The notes: generated from the sequence alone by a model not told the origin. DNA of 64,000 nucleotides from Deltaproteobacteria bacterium (GCA_029547045.1 JAKPQL010000065.1:23402-87401); one strand, 5' to 3'; shown: positions 18,007 through 27,616, counted from the first letter of the stretch. A program made the numbers and translations.

Positions 18007-18585
18007 TCATGCCTGCAGACCCCGCAGGACGAGCCTGACGGCCTCGTCGTACATGCGCGAGGCGCTCACGCCCTCGGACTTCACGTACCGCTTGATGAGG
18101 AACATGATGTAGATGGAGAAGAAGAGCTCCGCGGCGTGGTCCACGTCCACCTCCACGAAGCGGCCCTCGTCGATGCCCTGAGCGATGATGTCCTTGATGA
18201 GCTGCATGGCGCCCAGATTGATCTCGTAGAAGCGGTCCTCCCGGGGGGTGAGGCTGAAGATGCTCGGGTCCTTCATGAGCACGGCCCTCAGATCCTCGTG
18301 GTCCACCAGATACTCGAAGGACAGCCTCGCCATGACGGAGAACTTCTCCACAACATCCTCCGAGCGGGCCACGGCAGCGCCCACGGCGTCGCGCCACTCC
18401 TGCAGGGCGCTGCTCACGGTCTTCTCGTACAGGTCGCGCTTGCTGGAAACGTAGAAATAGATGTTGCCCTTGGACATGCCCATGGCGGCGGCCACGTCGT
18501 CCACCGTGGTCTTCTGGTACCCGAACCTGGCGAACAGCTTCAGTGCCGCGTTCAGAATGTCCTTCCTCTTCTGCTCCTTGTCCAT
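18007..18585 (-). CDS. TetR/AcrR family transcriptional regulator
   Basis: The N-terminal HTH reads 'ILNAALKLFARFGYQKTTVDDVAAAMGMSKGNIYFYVSSKRDLY'. Confidence 0.85.
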   Translation of the reverse strand: MDKEQKRKDILNAALKLFARFGYQKTTVDDVAAAMGMSKGNIYFYVSSKRDLYEKTVSSALQEWRDAVGAAVARSEDVVEKFSVMARLSFEYLVDHEDLRAVLMKDPSIFSLTPREDRFYEINLGAMQLIKDIIAQGIDEGRFVEVDVDHAAELFFSIYIMFLIKRYVKSEGVSASRMYDEAVRLVLRGLQA

Positions 18586-18599
18586 GGCCGTAATGAATA

Positions 18600-18626
18600 A
18601 TTGACCATTTGATTATTTCGGTCAAT
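18600..18626. promoter_or_regulatory. Inverted repeat ATTGACC-N13-GGTCAAT upstream of tetR; candidate operator
   Basis: The two 7-bp arms are perfect and lie 15-40 nt upstream of the tetR start. Confidence 0.4.
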
Positions 18627-18907
18627 CGGTATACTAGCCGAAGATGCTTTCCCTGTCAATCTGCGGGAACATGACGGCTCCCTCCTGTGACAATATCCAT
18701 GCTCTTCAGGTTGAACGATCCGATGATTCGGGTACTCCTGCCGGTCAGTCGCCACCCGGGCCTCTGCCGGCACAGGCGATAGTCCTCCGCGGCCGCGACC
18801 CTCAGGACGGCCTTGCAGTGTGACCGTCCATGGTATAGAAACTGAGGGGACCTCGTCGGCAGGTTGTGCCGGCCTGGCGAAGATCTCCCCAAAGGCGGGC
18901 ATGCTCC

Positions 18908-20305
18908 ATGGCACACGACCACGGCATCTTCCTCGACCACGCCGCCTCCACCCCCGTGCACCCGCAGGTCCTGGGCCTCATGCTCCCCTTCTTCGGCAAC
19001 CACTTCGCCCCGCCCTCGAGTCCATTCTCCGCCGGGGGAAAGCCCCGGGCGGCCCTGGAGCAGGCACGGCAGTGCGTTGCAGGGCTCATCGGGGCGGGTG
19101 CGTCAGAGATCGTCTTCACCGCTACGGGCACCGAGGCGAACAACCTGGCCCTGCTGGGCGTTGCCCAGGGCCGCAGGGGCCACGCCGTGGTGAGCGGCTT
19201 CGAGCACGCCTCGGTCCTGCACGCCATGGAGCATCTGCAGTCCGCTGGCATGGAGCTCACCGTGCTGGGCGCCGGTCCCGGCGGCATGGTGGACCCTGCG
19301 GAGGTCAGCGACGCCCTGCGGGACGACACGGTCATGATCAGCGTCATGCATGCGTGCAACGAGACCGGGGTGATCCAGCCCGTGGAGGAGATCGGCCGCA
19401 TGGCCAGGGAGCGCGGCATAACCTTCCACTGCGACTGCGTGGCCAGCGCGGGGAAGATCCCCGTGGACGCTGCCGCCCTGCACGCCGACCTCATCTCCCT
19501 CTCCTCCCACAAGCTCTACGGGCCCAAGGGCGCAGGCGCGCTCTACGTGCGCAGCGGCACCAGGATATCCCCCGTCCTCTTCGGCTCCGCCCAGGAGAGA
19601 GGGCTGCGGCCTGGCGCGCTCAACATGCCCGCCATTGTGGGTTTCGGCAGGGCCTGCGAGGAGGCGCGCTCCGCCCTGGTTTCAAACGCGGACCATACCC
19701 GGGGGCTGCGGGACCTGCTGGAGCGAGAGATCTCATCGCGCATCCCCGGCGTGACGATCAACGGCGCCGGCTGCTGCCGGGTCCCCCACATCTCGAGCAT
19801 CTCCTTTAGCGGTATCCAGGCCGATAACCTGGCGGCCTGGCTCGACCTGCACGACATCACCGTGTCCGGAAGGGGATCGCGCCTGTCGAGCGTCTCCCCC
19901 CGGCGCCTGGAGGCGCTGGGCATCGCCCAGGACCTCGCACCGGGCACGGTCCGGTTCAGCCCCGGGTGGGAGAACACCGAAGACGAGATGCGCGAGGTGG
20001 CCCATGCCGTTGAAAAGGCAGTCTCCGGGCTCAGGGAATTCGCCCTGCAGCTCCGGGACGCGCCCGTCTGCATCATGGCCCTCCTCTCCAGGAACCACGT
20101 GGAAAGGGCATGCGCCTACCTCTCTGGGGAAGGCATCCCCTGCGCTGTCACGGCCCGGCCCGAGGGGCTCTCCCATCTGCCGGGGCCCGAGGCGGCCATC
20201 GCTGTTCCATACGCCCGCCGGCAGGACGTGGAAAGGATCCTGGGCTCCCACAGGGTCACTGCCGCAGGCAGGCATTGTCTCTCCCGTTGGGGGCACAGGC
20301 CATGA
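18908..20305 (+). CDS. Cysteine desulfurase (NifS/IscS-like class V aminotransferase) with a ~90-aa C-terminal DUF3343-like extension
   Basis: The PLP lysine region is 'SLSSHKLYGPKGAGALYV'. The active-site loop is 'ACNETG...RSG'. The C-terminus 'VCIMALLSRNHVERACAYLSGEGIPCAVTARPEGLSHLPGPEAAIAVP' resembles the stand-alone DUF3343 protein at 34615..34863. Confidence 0.8.
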   Translation: MAHDHGIFLDHAASTPVHPQVLGLMLPFFGNHFAPPSSPFSAGGKPRAALEQARQCVAGLIGAGASEIVFTATGTEANNLALLGVAQGRRGHAVVSGFEHASVLHAMEHLQSAGMELTVLGAGPGGMVDPAEVSDALRDDTVMISVMHACNETGVIQPVEEIGRMARERGITFHCDCVASAGKIPVDAAALHADLISLSSHKLYGPKGAGALYVRSGTRISPVLFGSAQERGLRPGALNMPAIVGFGRACEEARSALVSNADHTRGLRDLLEREISSRIPGVTINGAGCCRVPHISSISFSGIQADNLAAWLDLHDITVSGRGSRLSSVSPRRLEALGIAQDLAPGTVRFSPGWENTEDEMREVAHAVEKAVSGLREFALQLRDAPVCIMALLSRNHVERACAYLSGEGIPCAVTARPEGLSHLPGPEAAIAVPYARRQDVERILGSHRVTAAGRHCLSRWGHRP

Positions 20306-20339
20306 CACGCATAGCCATCCTGTCCGTCAGGGGGTGCAG

Positions 20340-21254
20340 ATGAAGACCGTGGTGTTCGCCCAGGGCGGCATGGGCATCATGGGCATCAGGAGGCTGCTGC
20401 TCGACGGCTTCACCGTGGATCTCATCGTGTCAGACAGGGATCAGCCGGGCTGCTCAGTGGACATGGTATCGGTGGAGGACCTGGCCCGGGAGCTCTCGAT
20501 ACCGTGCGTCTTCCCCGCCAACCCGAACCAGTTCGGGTGGATGGAGAGGATCAGGGACCTCAAGCCGGACATGATCTTCTCGCTGGGATACCGCAGGGAG
20601 CTCAAAAGGCAGCTCCTGGCCATCCCTGCGCACGGAGCCTTTGCCGTGCACGAGTCGTACCTGCCCCTCTTCCGCGGCCCCTGCCCGGTGAACTGGGCCA
20701 TCATCAGGGGCGAGGCCTCCACCGGGGTGACGCTCTTCGAGATGACCGACCAGCCGTATGCCGGGCCCGTTCTCGTCCAGCGCCGGGTGGACATCGCCCC
20801 CCTGGAAACGGCCCGCACCCTCTCAGACAGACTCATGCACGAGGCCGACACGATGCTGGCAGGCATCCTGCCCCGCATGAAGTCCCTGGACATCCCCCGG
20901 ACCCCCCAGGACCCTTCCCAGGCCACCACCTTCGGGGAACTGACGCCCGAGGACGGCCGCATCACCTGGGAGAAGCCTGCCACCGAGCTCTTCAACCTCA
21001 TCAGGGCCTGCTCACCTCCCCACGCCGGCGCCTTCGGCCTGCTGGGGGACGACATGGTCTTCTTCCGGTGGGCACTGCCTGCCCAGGACGTGCATCACGA
21101 GCCGGGCGCCATCGTGACCTCGGGGGAAACGGTCCTTGTCGGGACCGGCTACGGGTGCCTGCGGCCCGAGGAGATCGAAGTGAACGGCAGGACCCTGAAG
21201 GGGAGCGCCCTGACCCGGTTCTTCCACGAACACCGGGGAGAATCCCTGCAGTGA
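20340..21254 (+). CDS. Formyltransferase family protein (Fmt-like N- and C-domains)
   Basis: The 'HESYLPLFRGPCPVNWAII' stretch corresponds to the Fmt 'HxSLLPxxRG' motif, and a C-terminal Fmt-type domain follows. AGGGGG lies 5 nt upstream. Confidence 0.7.
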   Translation: MKTVVFAQGGMGIMGIRRLLLDGFTVDLIVSDRDQPGCSVDMVSVEDLARELSIPCVFPANPNQFGWMERIRDLKPDMIFSLGYRRELKRQLLAIPAHGAFAVHESYLPLFRGPCPVNWAIIRGEASTGVTLFEMTDQPYAGPVLVQRRVDIAPLETARTLSDRLMHEADTMLAGILPRMKSLDIPRTPQDPSQATTFGELTPEDGRITWEKPATELFNLIRACSPPHAGAFGLLGDDMVFFRWALPAQDVHHEPGAIVTSGETVLVGTGYGCLRPEEIEVNGRTLKGSALTRFFHEHRGESLQ

Positions 21255-21300
21255 GGCGTACGTCTCTCGGGCAGAGCCCGCATACCGTGCGGCCCTCTCT

Positions 21301-21903
21301 CTACTCCTCTTTCCGGTGCATCCGGGAGATGAACCTCGTCCACCTGCGCGGCCCCGGGAGCCGGTACGGCGTGACCGCCTCGCTCACGAAGCGCACGTCC
21401 TCCACCGAGTAGAAGGCCTGGGGGTTGTGCTCCTTGATCATGTTGACAATGTGCTCGATGTTGGTGCGCTCAACGATGGTGAAGATGACCTTCACCGGGC
21501 CCGTCACCCCTGCGGCGTCGATGATGGTGAGCCCGAACCCTGCCTTGCGAAGCACGCCGATGAGCCCGTCCGCCTCCCTGCGGGTGATGATGCGCACGAT
21601 CACCTTGCCTATGGAGAGCCTGTTCTCGATGAGGATGCCCACGAAGTTCCCCGCGGCGAAGCCTGCCGCGTAGGCGATGAAGCAGACCGGGTTGTCCAGG
21701 TTCGCGAAGATCTGCCGGATGACCATGAGCCAGATAAGCACCTCGAAGAAGCCGATGAGTGCGGCATAGTACCTGAGGTTGCGGTTGATGAAGATGATCC
21801 GGACCGTGTCCAGGCTCACGTCCAGGATGCGGGCCGAGAAGATGAGCACAGGCAGGACCACCCATGTGTACGCCGCAGAATTGAAGAATTCCGGCATTGC
21901 CAT
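21301..21903 (-). CDS. DUF2179/YitT-family (UPF0316) membrane protein
   Basis: The N-terminus 'WVVLPVLIFSARILDVSLDTVRIIFINRN' and the C-terminal DUF2179 stretch 'VIVRIITRREADGLIGVLRKAGFGLTIIDAAG' are diagnostic. The start is uncertain. Confidence 0.7.
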   Translation of the reverse strand: MAMPEFFNSAAYTWVVLPVLIFSARILDVSLDTVRIIFINRNLRYYAALIGFFEVLIWLMVIRQIFANLDNPVCFIAYAAGFAAGNFVGILIENRLSIGKVIVRIITRREADGLIGVLRKAGFGLTIIDAAGVTGPVKVIFTIVERTNIEHIVNMIKEHNPQAFYSVEDVRFVSEAVTPYRLPGPRRWTRFISRMHRKEE

Positions 21904-21963
21904 GGTCTTTTCTATCATTTTTACGCTATATGATACAAGCAGCACGCGTATGGGGGGCCGGAC

Positions 21964-22851
21964 ATGGGCATGTTCGATTTCTTCAGGGGCAGGATCGGGT
22001 TCATCCGCGGCGGGAAATACCCGCACTGCCACACCGTGGTGGTCGACGACGACATGAGGGCGTTCATCGACGCCTCCAGCGACCGGGACAAGCTGCTGGC
22101 CTTAGACGGCGAGCGGGAGGCGGACATCATCCTCACCAGTCATGCCCACGAGGACCACATGCTCTACAACTCGCTGTTCCCCCGTGCACAGCTGTTCGTC
22201 CACGCCCTGGACGAGCTACCGTTCCGGGACATCCGGGCGCTGAACGCCCAGTACGGGCTCAGCCCCGAGGAGGAGCTCTTCTGGGAGGACTTCCTCGTGA
22301 AGGAGTGCAACTATGTGCCCCGGAGGCCCGACAGGCTTCTCGCAGACGGCAATACCGTGGACTTCGGCCGCACCCAGGCCCGGGTGATCCACACCCCGGG
22401 CCATACGCCCGGACACTGCTGCCTCCACTTCCCGAACGAAGGCCTGCTCTACCTGGCGGACTACGACCTCGCCAGGTCGGGCCCGTACTATGCCGATGTC
22501 TGCTCCAGCATCGAGGACACCCTGCGCTCCCTGGACCTGCTCGCAGCCATCGATGCCGACACCTTTCTCACTGCGCACGGCGAAGGCGTGTACAGTGCCT
22601 CCCCGGACCTCATCCGCGCCTACCGCGACACCATATACCAGCGCGAGGAGCGGCTGCTCGACCTGCTGGCGGACGGCGCCCGGACCATGGACGAGATCGC
22701 GGCGGCATGCATCGTGTATGGAAGGCCCAGGACAATGGGCGCCTGGGACCTGTCCCTGTCCGAGCGCATGATGATGAAGAAGCACCTCGAGCTGCTCATG
22801 GGACAGGGCAAGGTGACGTCCGAAGACGGCAGGTTCTCCCTGGCCGGGTGA
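21964..22851 (+). CDS. MBL-fold metallo-hydrolase
   Basis: The product carries the 'TSHAHEDH' zinc motif and downstream His/Asp ligands. Confidence 0.8.
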   Translation: MGMFDFFRGRIGFIRGGKYPHCHTVVVDDDMRAFIDASSDRDKLLALDGEREADIILTSHAHEDHMLYNSLFPRAQLFVHALDELPFRDIRALNAQYGLSPEEELFWEDFLVKECNYVPRRPDRLLADGNTVDFGRTQARVIHTPGHTPGHCCLHFPNEGLLYLADYDLARSGPYYADVCSSIEDTLRSLDLLAAIDADTFLTAHGEGVYSASPDLIRAYRDTIYQREERLLDLLADGARTMDEIAAACIVYGRPRTMGAWDLSLSERMMMKKHLELLMGQGKVTSEDGRFSLAG

Positions 22852-22869
22852 TCCCGCCTGCGCGGTCCG

Positions 22870-23550
22870 TCAGGAAAACGCGCTCACGTACTTGTATATG
22901 GTCCAGAAGTGCGCGAGCGTGCCCAGCATGACGAAGATGTGGAAGATCTCGTGGAAGCCGAACACCTCGGGGAAGGGGTCGGGCCTCTTGACGGCGTAGA
23001 TGAGGCCGCCAGCGGTGTAGAGGAGGCCCCCGGTCACGAGCCAGAAGAGCCCGCCCGGCTGCAGGGTCCTCACCAGGGGCACGATGCCCACGATGACGAT
23101 CCAGCCCATGCACACGTACATGGCCGCCGAGAGCCAGCGGGGGGCGTGGATCCAGAAGGCCTTGAACACGATGCCCATGAGTGCCACGGCCCACACCGTG
23201 CCGAAGATGCTCCACCCCCAGGCGCCCCGGAGCGGCACCAGGCAGAACGGGGTGTAGGTGGCGGCGATGAGCACGAAGATCATCATGTGGTCGAGCTTGC
23301 GCAGCCTCGACCTGCCGGTGCTCCCCAGGGGAAGCCAGTGGTACAGCGTGCTCGCCGTGTAGAGCAGGATCATGCCCGCGCCGAAGACGCAGTAGGTGGT
23401 GAGGTGCCAGGGCCTCAGCGGGTTCGATGCCTTGACGATGAGAGCCGCCAGACCGGCCACTGCCAGCAGCGCGCCGATGAAGTGGGTGAGCCCGCTCACC
23501 GGGTCGCGCAGACTCCTGGCGATCCGGGAGAAGAGGTTGTGTCCATGCAT
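22870..23550 (-). CDS. Hemolysin III / PAQR family membrane protein
   Basis: The product is a 7-TM HlyIII-like protein ('GNLFSRIARSLRDPVSGLTHFIGALLAV...'). GAGGA lies 8 nt upstream of the ATG at 23550. Confidence 0.8.
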   Translation of the reverse strand: MHGHNLFSRIARSLRDPVSGLTHFIGALLAVAGLAALIVKASNPLRPWHLTTYCVFGAGMILLYTASTLYHWLPLGSTGRSRLRKLDHMMIFVLIAATYTPFCLVPLRGAWGWSIFGTVWAVALMGIVFKAFWIHAPRWLSAAMYVCMGWIVIVGIVPLVRTLQPGGLFWLVTGGLLYTAGGLIYAVKRPDPFPEVFGFHEIFHIFVMLGTLAHFWTIYKYVSAFS

Positions 23551-23735
23551 GGGTGTCGTCCTCGTTTCGCTTCGCCTACCCCTGTACGCGTAAGGAACGC
23601 TCGGGTGCACTCACCATGTACCATGGGGAGGCCCATGGCTTGTGTCAAACAAGATCAAAGAAAATGTCACAGTTGTGCAAAGGGATGAGCCGGGCTGTCG
23701 ACGTGGTGCATGCCTTTGCAGTATCTGCGGAACCA

Positions 23736-24176
23736 TCAGTCCTTGGCTTCAACGCCCATCCCCCTGAGCCAGGCCAGGATGCGTTCCCTGATCTGGTCCC
23801 TGACCCTTCGGAACTCCTGGAGCCGCTCTTCTTCAGTCCCCTCGAAAGCCGCAGGGTCGTCGAACTCCCAGTGCATGCGCTTGCCCACGCCCGGGAACAC
23901 GGCAGGGCAGTTCGCGTCCGCGTGGCCGCACACCGTGATAAGGTAGCCGAACATGAGCCTGCCCATGTACTCGTCCACGGACTTGGAGCGCTGGCCGCTC
24001 ACGTCTATGCCCGCCTCGGCCATGACCTGCACGGTGAGGGGATGGATGCCTTTCGGTTCGAGCCCCGCGCTGTAGGGTTCGAACACATGCGGGGCATATC
24101 TCCGCAGAAACCCTTCCGCCATCTGGCTGCGGGCCGAATTACCGGTGCACAGAAAGAGTACGCGTGCCTTGTCCAT
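23736..24176 (-). CDS. arsC: Arsenate reductase ArsC (LMW-PTP / thioredoxin-coupled type)
   Basis: The P-loop is 'CTGNSARS' and the downstream Cys residues are in 'VCGHADANCP'. Confidence 0.85.
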   Translation of the reverse strand: MDKARVLFLCTGNSARSQMAEGFLRRYAPHVFEPYSAGLEPKGIHPLTVQVMAEAGIDVSGQRSKSVDEYMGRLMFGYLITVCGHADANCPAVFPGVGKRMHWEFDDPAAFEGTEEERLQEFRRVRDQIRERILAWLRGMGVEAKD

Positions 24177-24181
24177 GTTTA

Positions 24182-24190
24182 CCCCCCCCC
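24182..24190. repeat. C9 (G9 on the minus strand) homopolymer 5 nt upstream of the arsC start codon, acting as its SD-like sequence
   Basis: Nine consecutive C residues were read directly from the sequence. Confidence 0.9.
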
Positions 24191-24563
24191 ATGTAGAGAT
24201 AAACCTCTCACTACCGCCTGATTGTTAAGTTTTCATAAAGCTGCCCGAAAACCGACATTACCTCGGGAAAGGGGCTGAATGAAGTTCACCGAGAATTCAC
24301 GATCCGTTCACATGCCCTTCACCATACCCCCCTATCCTGGGAAAGAACAGGACAAGGAGCAGACGACCCGCATGATCGCACCTATCCATCAGACCCTCGG
24401 CATGAAAAGGAACCGTGATACGCTTACCCACACCGTACACAGGGAACACCCGGGCAACAGGATACAGGCGGTCGTCTTCGACTGGAACGGCACCCTGGTG
24501 ACTACGGATGCTTCGCGCCGGTGGACGCCCTGGTGAAGACATTCCTGTCACGGGGTACCCGCA

Positions 24564-24950
24564 TCAGGCATGATGAAGTTCGGTGTGCGTTGTCCGGGAT
24601 GGGAGGAGGCTGTTGCCCCCGCCCAGATCAAAGGAATAGGAACCGTAGAAGTGCCTGACCCCCACCGTGTTGTCCGTCTTCAACCCCATCTCCGCATACC
24701 CGGTCATGTTCTCGAAGACCGCCTTCAGCCTGACCCTGCTGTTCCCCGGATTCCTCAGGAAGTAATCGGTCCCCGAATCGAGCTTTCCATCGGCAACATC
24801 GCCGTAATCCGAGAACCGCCACCCGGCATCCACACGGGCACTGCCTCCAAGCGTTACATCCACGTCGCTCATCTTGAAATTCATTGTTTGCACGTACCCT
24901 TGAAGGGAAAGAAGCATGGCCCCTGCTGCGAATATAACCCTGTACCGCAT
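24564..24950 (-). CDS. Signal-peptide protein resembling the N-terminal part of an outer-membrane beta-barrel protein; possibly truncated
   Basis: The sequence 'MRYRVIFAAGAMLLSLQGYVQT' is followed by alternating-hydrophobic, beta-strand-like segments. It stops after 128 aa. GGAG lies 7 nt upstream. Confidence 0.35.
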   Translation of the reverse strand: MRYRVIFAAGAMLLSLQGYVQTMNFKMSDVDVTLGGSARVDAGWRFSDYGDVADGKLDSGTDYFLRNPGNSRVRLKAVFENMTGYAEMGLKTDNTVGVRHFYGSYSFDLGGGNSLLPSRTTHTELHHA

Positions 24951-25226
24951 GTCGTGACTCCTTTCTGGTTCTGATTCATTATCCAGAGGAGGTACCCAAG
25001 CACGGTGAAGGACGTATGAAGAACGTGATACTGTATGATGAAGACATCTTACTCGGGTTGTTATCTCGTTGCAGGCAAGAATCATGGGAAGAATGCCAGG
25101 AGCTCTATGCATGTCTGGAGAGATCACATCCCGGGGCTGACAACCCATTCCGAGGAACTCCTCATTGACCATGCATAGCCATCTCAGCTACACTTCTTGC
25201 CAATTCATCCTGTGGGGTGCAGGGCC

Positions 25227-25904
25227 ATGAACATCCATATCGCCGTGGTCGACGACGAGCCTGACATCATCCATTTGGTGAGCATCCACCTCAAGAAGGC
25301 GGGGTTCATGGTGGACGGGTACCATGACGGCGATTCGTTCATGAGGTCGCTGCAGCGCAGAACCCCGGGGCTCGTCATCCTCGACCTCATGCTCCCGGGC
25401 ATGGACGGCTTCGAGGTCTGCCGCATGCTCAAGCGCGACCCTGCCACCTCGTCCATCCCGGTGATCATGCTCACGGCCAAGGGCCACGAGGCGGACAAGG
25501 TGGACGGGCTGGAACTGGGAGCCGACGACTACGTGACCAAGCCCTTCTCGCCCAGGGAGCTCGTCGCGCGGGTGAAGGCGGTGCTCAGAAGGAGGGGCCG
25601 CACAGAGCCTGAGACGCTTGCACTGGGAGATCTCATCACCATCGACCCGGAGCGCTTCGAGGTGAAGGTGAACGGGGAGGTCGTGGTCCTCACCCCGGTG
25701 GAGTTCAAGATCCTGCACCTGCTGGCCAGGAACCAGGGCAAGGTCTTCACCCGAGACCGCATCCTCGACCACCTCTGGGGAAACGAGAAGGCGGTGCTGG
25801 ACCGGACCGTGGACGTCCACATCAAGAACCTGAGGGAGAAGCTCGGAGACGCGGGCGACATCATCAGGAACGTGCGCGGCGTGGGGTACAAGCTGCAGGT
25901 ATGA
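25227..25904 (+). CDS. phoB: Phosphate regulon response regulator PhoB (OmpR family)
   Basis: The receiver domain is 'IAVVDDEPDI...LDLMLPGMDG' and the winged helix is 'RVKAVLRR...VHIKNLREKLG'. The stop overlaps the phoR start (ATGA). Confidence 0.9.
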   Translation: MNIHIAVVDDEPDIIHLVSIHLKKAGFMVDGYHDGDSFMRSLQRRTPGLVILDLMLPGMDGFEVCRMLKRDPATSSIPVIMLTAKGHEADKVDGLELGADDYVTKPFSPRELVARVKAVLRRRGRTEPETLALGDLITIDPERFEVKVNGEVVVLTPVEFKILHLLARNQGKVFTRDRILDHLWGNEKAVLDRTVDVHIKNLREKLGDAGDIIRNVRGVGYKLQV

Positions 25905-27616
25905 AACGGCCCATCTTCCTCAAGATCTTTTCCGGCTTCCTGGTGGTGACGATCCTGCTCGCCTCTCTCATCCTGCTGGCCTTCTACAATGTCATCCAGA
26001 CCCATTACCTGCGGTTCACCGAGCAGAAGCTGGAGCGCATCGGAATCCCGCTCCGGCAGGTCATCGCCCCGCTGTTGCTGGGAAAGGATGCCGCCTCCCT
26101 GAACAGCATGGCCAGAGATTACGGGCCTCGGCTCGACCTGAGGATCACCGTCATCGACCCTTCCGGCACGGTGCTTGCCGATTCCGAGCGCGACCCGGCC
26201 ACCCTGGAGAACCACCTGCAGCGGCCCGAGGTGAAGGGAGCCCTCGAAGCGGCGGCAAGCAGTGCCATCCGCTACAGCAAGACCCTGGACGAGGACCTCC
26301 TCTACGTCGCCCTGCCCGTGGAAGACCGTGGCAGGATCATCGGCGTGCTGCGCCTGAGTATGTCGCTCAAGCACATCAGCGACCTGAACAAGGCGCTGCT
26401 GGTACGGCTCGTCGTGCTCAGCGCCGTGATCATCCTGGTCTCGCTCGTGCTGGCCGCGATCTTCTCCCACCTTCTGGCCACCCCCATCCGGGCCCTGAGC
26501 AAGGCTGCATCCCGCATCGCCGGTGGAGACTTCTCGGCGCGGGTAAGCCCTTCGACCACGGACGAAATCCAGGACCTCTCCAACGGCTTCAACACCATGG
26601 CAGGCAAGCTCGAGCAGTCATTCAGCGAGCTCAGCTCCCGCAAGGAGGAGCTGGAGGGGATCCTGGCATCCATCACCGGACCGCTGTTCGTGCTGGACGC
26701 GCAGGGCAGGGTGACGCTCTCCAATGCCGCCGCACGCAGGGTCATCGCCACCGAAACAGCCTCGGGCAGGTATTACTGGGAGCTCATACGATCCGCCAGG
26801 CTCAACGAGCTTATGGGCGAGGCCACGAAAGGAACGGCCTCGGGAGAGGTGGAGTTCGCCGGACTCACCTACCTGTGCAGCATCACGCCCCTGGCATCCC
26901 GCCAGGGCAACGTCATGCTGCTCCACGACATCACCCAGATGAAGGAGCTCGAGAGGATCAAGCAGGACCTGGCCGTGAATGTTTCCCACGAGCTGAGGAC
27001 CCCGCTGACCGCCATCAAGGGCTTCACCGAGACCCTCATGGAGGAGGCCTCCGAAGGCCAGGCCGAGTACCTCAGGATCATCCTTCGCCATACCGAGCGC
27101 CTCATCGCCATGGTGAACGACCTGCTCGTGCTGTCCGAGATGGAAGAGACGGCCAGGATCGACCGAGAAAGGGTTGATCTGCAGGACATTCTGTCATCCG
27201 TCCTTGTTGTCTATGAGCCCCGGATAAGGGCCAAGGGGATCGATCTCGTGGTGGACTGCCCCCATCTGGAAATCTCGGCCGATGCCTTCAGGCTGGAACA
27301 GCTCCTCACGAACCTGGTGGACAACGCGCTGAAGTACACGGACAAGGGGGCCATCCGCATACGGGCCGGGATCACAGGCGGTATGGTGACCATCGAGGTG
27401 CAGGATACCGGCCCGGGCATCCCCCGGGAGCACCTGAGCAGGATCTTCGAGCGGTTCTACGTAGCGGACAAGTCCAGGTCGCGGAGCATGGGCGGCACGG
27501 GCCTGGGTCTTTCCATTGCCAAGCACATCGCCACGCTCCACGGTGGCAGGATCGAGGTAATGAGCACACCCTACCAGGGTACCACTTTTTCCGTCATCCT
27601 CCCTGTCGGTCCCTGA
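25901..27616 (+). CDS. phoR: Phosphate regulon sensor histidine kinase PhoR-like (TM-HAMP-PAS-HisKA-HATPase)
   Basis: The H-box is 'NVSHELRTPLTAI'. The G-boxes are 'DTGPGIPREHLSRIFERFY' and 'GGTGLGLSI'. Confidence 0.9.
   Translation: MKRPIFLKIFSGFLVVTILLASLILLAFYNVIQTHYLRFTEQKLERIGIPLRQVIAPLLLGKDAASLNSMARDYGPRLDLRITVIDPSGTVLADSERDPATLENHLQRPEVKGALEAAASSAIRYSKTLDEDLLYVALPVEDRGRIIGVLRLSMSLKHISDLNKALLVRLVVLSAVIILVSLVLAAIFSHLLATPIRALSKAASRIAGGDFSARVSPSTTDEIQDLSNGFNTMAGKLEQSFSELSSRKEELEGILASITGPLFVLDAQGRVTLSNAAARRVIATETASGRYYWELIRSARLNELMGEATKGTASGEVEFAGLTYLCSITPLASRQGNVMLLHDITQMKELERIKQDLAVNVSHELRTPLTAIKGFTETLMEEASEGQAEYLRIILRHTERLIAMVNDLLVLSEMEETARIDRERVDLQDILSSVLVVYEPRIRAKGIDLVVDCPHLEISADAFRLEQLLTNLVDNALKYTDKGAIRIRAGITGGMVTIEVQDTGPGIPREHLSRIFERFYVADKSRSRSMGGTGLGLSIAKHIATLHGGRIEVMSTPYQGTTFSVILPVGP

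Noticed and set aside
24279-24536. 85-aa plus-strand ORF ending in a HAD-like motif 'AVVFDWNGTLVTTD'
   Set aside because: The HAD motif-I-like string is present, but no downstream motifs II-IV follow and the N-terminal part is not protein-like. I treat it as a possible remnant, not a gene (see the finding at 24177..25226).
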